A stretch of 64,000 nt of DNA from Spirogloea muscicola (Eukaryota): NCBI GenBank assembly GCA_009602725.1, contig WELB01000016.1, forward strand, positions 635,084-699,083, in the 5' to 3' direction. The number at the start of each line of letters is the position of its first letter. Within the stretch, counting starts at the first letter, position 1. The notes beneath the pieces are model-generated. The model worked only from the letters and a program-made list of their open reading frames with translations, had not been told where the DNA came from and searched no databases. Positions 61,256 to 64,000 of this stretch are shown here, one piece after another. Made by a program: the position numbers and the translations under genes.

Positions 61256-62069
61256 GGCTGCTCACCCTTGCTTTGCTCTTGCTTGCACTCGCTTGAGTCT
61301 GGTCTGTTCTTGTCTGGCTACTACTTCTCCTTTCATCAACATATTCATCACTCTAAATACTCAACTGATGGCACGGATCCTTCTTATGGCGAAGCTAACA
61401 CTCGTCGATTGCAGAATATAGAGAGCACAGAGACTGATGAGTCTGGAAGACTAGGCGGGCCCATTGTCAATCTGTGGATAGCGCAGCCGCGGACCTCGGC
61501 AGGTCAACAATAGCCATAGATGAGTCCGGGACACACGAACCAGCTGAAGAGGCTTGTCTTGCTGCGCAAAGGGACTCACAAAACAGTGCCGGCTGGCCTG
61601 AAGGCTTTTGGCAGAGATCCAGGATTTGAGCCGCATGAATAAAGGCATGCAGACGACCTGTTAGCGCGACACGGCAGCGGTGTCCGCTGCCCAGGTGGAC
61701 GTGCGGGTGCCACGCCCGCCCGTGGCCAGCGTCCCGAAACATTCCGACAGCCTGCCTGCGGGATGTGGGCAGCGGGGCGGTCAACCTGGGCACGGGGTAG
61801 CTTGACAACGTCGCTGGGCGAGGCCGCGAATCAGAACCGTGGGCTAATGCGGCGCCCGGGGTGGGCGGGGGCGGCACGGCGCGCCGTCCGCCTGTAACGA
61901 GAGCTATGCCACTCTGAGCCGTTAACACTGCAAAGCGAGTGCAGCAGTGGGCTACAAAGCCTGAAAGGGCCCTGAGGTAACATAACGGCAAGCGGCGCTC
62001 GCAGGAAGTTGGCCCCTCGGCCCCCCACTTGACCCCAGCACTGCGGCTCCCCTCGACTCAGTTACTCCC

Positions 62070-62107
<38 letters not shown>

Positions 62108-63019
62108 GCCGCCGCTGTGGGTCTACTGCGGCTTCGACCCCACCGCCGAGAGCCTCCACCTCGGTGCGCCCCNGCCGGCGGCGAGCCTCCGCTGCCCAGC
62201 GCCGGCTCGCCGCCGGGCAGCCACCTGGCCACCTCCCACCTCCCACCTGTACGCGACGTGCCTCTCGCCCGCCGCCACCGCCTCCGCGCGCCCTCATCCT
62301 GCCCCCGCCGCCGCCGCGCCTCCGCGGAGCTCTCTACTCCGGGCTATGGTCGCCAGCGCCGCGGTCCATGCCGGGTTGCGGAGCCACGCCCTGCGCCGCC
62401 CTTCTGCTGGAGGACATGGCGGCCACGCTCGCGAGGCACGGCCATGCATGCAGCACGCCAGGCCGCGGCGGCCGCGCGCGCAGACCAATTGCTTGGGCTG
62501 TGGACGGCGCCTTTCCAGGCAAGCGTGCTGGCCAGCACGCTTGCAGCCGGACCCACCTTGCAGTGTGCACTCGCCGCTTGCGGGGCTCATGTCCTGCCGA
62601 CTCTGATGCTGGCAGCTTCGCATATCAGATAGTTGCCCGCTTACGTGCTGCGACGCTCGCGGTGTCACCGCCAACGACCTCATCCGAAAGGCTGTGCCTG
62701 ACAGCCTGCGCCCCTCACTTGCACAGGTGTACAACCACTTGACGAGGGCGACCAGAGCTCCCCAGCCAATGGCCGGTTGGACGCGACACATGCGTTGGTC
62801 ATGAAGAACATGCGGCCAAGTTCGACAATGTCGTGCAACAGCACCCGGTTGACCGGCATCTTGCAGCCTTGAGGCCGTCAGAACGTCTTCCAGTGTTGCT
62901 GCCCAAGCACTCGTCCCCTGCTCACCCCCTCTTAGGTCTGTGCCGTTCCAAAGCTCCTCTACAAAGGTCGGCTCACGCGACCTTGGAGACAGGAGAAAAC
63001 TGCCTAACCGCTTTAGCAG

Positions 63020-64000
63020 GCTGCGCCAGCCCTGCGCTTGCTTACCTCGTCGTGCAGAAGCCTTCTCCGTCGGGCGCGTGCAGCGCTGGCCAGGAGAGCA
63101 GGGCACCGCAGGGCAGAAGGTCTTGGCGCGGGCCTTCTGCGCGGCTGTGGCAAAGACACGAGCACACTTAAGATTTTCAGCTTCTAAGGGTGCCAGGGAG
63201 TTGCAGAGAAAGACGAGGGGCCTGAGCTTCCCGGGCTGGGATATGGAAATCCATCGTCATTGATTCACAGAGACAATAGTCCGAGAGGTCAGAAGCATCA
63301 AGCTGGCATCTTGCAGGATCAGGCTGACCGCGACCTTCTGCGGCATCGATGACGGCAGCAGCTGCATTCCAGTATCGAAACGGCCTTGGCTGCTGCTCTG
63401 CACTCGGCTTTGTCGAGCACGTCCACGAGGTCTTTGGCCCTGTTGGCTGCATCACCTTCCTTTGCAGGTGTCTGCAGGTCAGAGAGCACACAGCATGTGG
63501 ACCGCTAGAAGGCAACAGAAATCATAGAGGTTCACAGGCTGTGCCCTCTGACTTGCAGACACCTGCAGAGGAAGGCAATGCACCCAAGGGGGCCAAAAAT
63601 GTCGTCAACGTGCTCGACAAAGCGCAGTGCAGAGCAGCAGGCTAAGGCCGTTCCGTTAGTGGAGAGCAGCTTCTGCCGCCGTCGATGCCGCGGAAGGTTG
63701 AGGTCAGCCTGATCCTGCAAGATGCCAGCTTGATGCTTCTGACTTCTTGATTTCTTTTTGTGAAATGTCGATGTGTATCACATCCCTGCCCGAGAGGCTC
63801 AGGCCCCTCGTCTTCTCCTGCGGCTCCCTGGCACACTCGAAAGCTGAGATATCCAAGTGCGCCGGTGTCTTTGCCACAGCCGCGGGAAAGGCCCGCGTTA
63901 AGAACTCCTGCCATGCCGTGCCCTACTGTCCTGGACAGTGCTGCACGCACCAACGGAAGGCTTCACTCGACGAGGCGAACAAGCGCAGCGCTGGCGCAGC
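63020..64000. repeat. Long inverted repeat centred at ~63515 that runs off the window
   Basis: The left arm 63020-63495 is the diverged reverse complement of 63538-64000; a third copy lies at ~59575-59900. Confidence 0.8.

Overview
This is GC-rich, intron-dense eukaryotic nuclear DNA, most consistent with a streptophyte (charophyte-type) green alga (inferred from plant-like genes and GT-AG introns). It contains assembly gaps next to (GCC)n tracts. The left ~17 kb is a compact gene island: a GEP4/PGPP1-like phosphatase, a MINPP-type histidine phosphatase, a two-helix PsbS-like LHC-family protein, a conserved membrane protein, BRICK1, a V-ATPase Ac45/VOA1-like protein and a NASP histone chaperone. 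The most unusual gene, at ~20-31 kb, encodes a phytochrome-derived hybrid histidine kinase (PAS-GAF-PHY-PAS-PAS-HisKA-HATPase-linker-REC). By my hand-spliced model its photosensory core has lost the bilin-binding hallmarks I could check (Cys, His, DIP Asp, GAF Tyr, PRxSF tongue) while the His kinase and receiver remain intact, and the linker carries a Rad52/22-like folded island. The right half is repeat-rich: a divergent MYB-CC (PHR-like) gene, CRE-clade non-LTR retrotransposons with hairpin-bearing 3' tails, copia and small LTR relics, F-box/LRR genes and pseudogenes, and several long fold-back inverted duplications. All gene models and family assignments come from manual reading, with no database searches.
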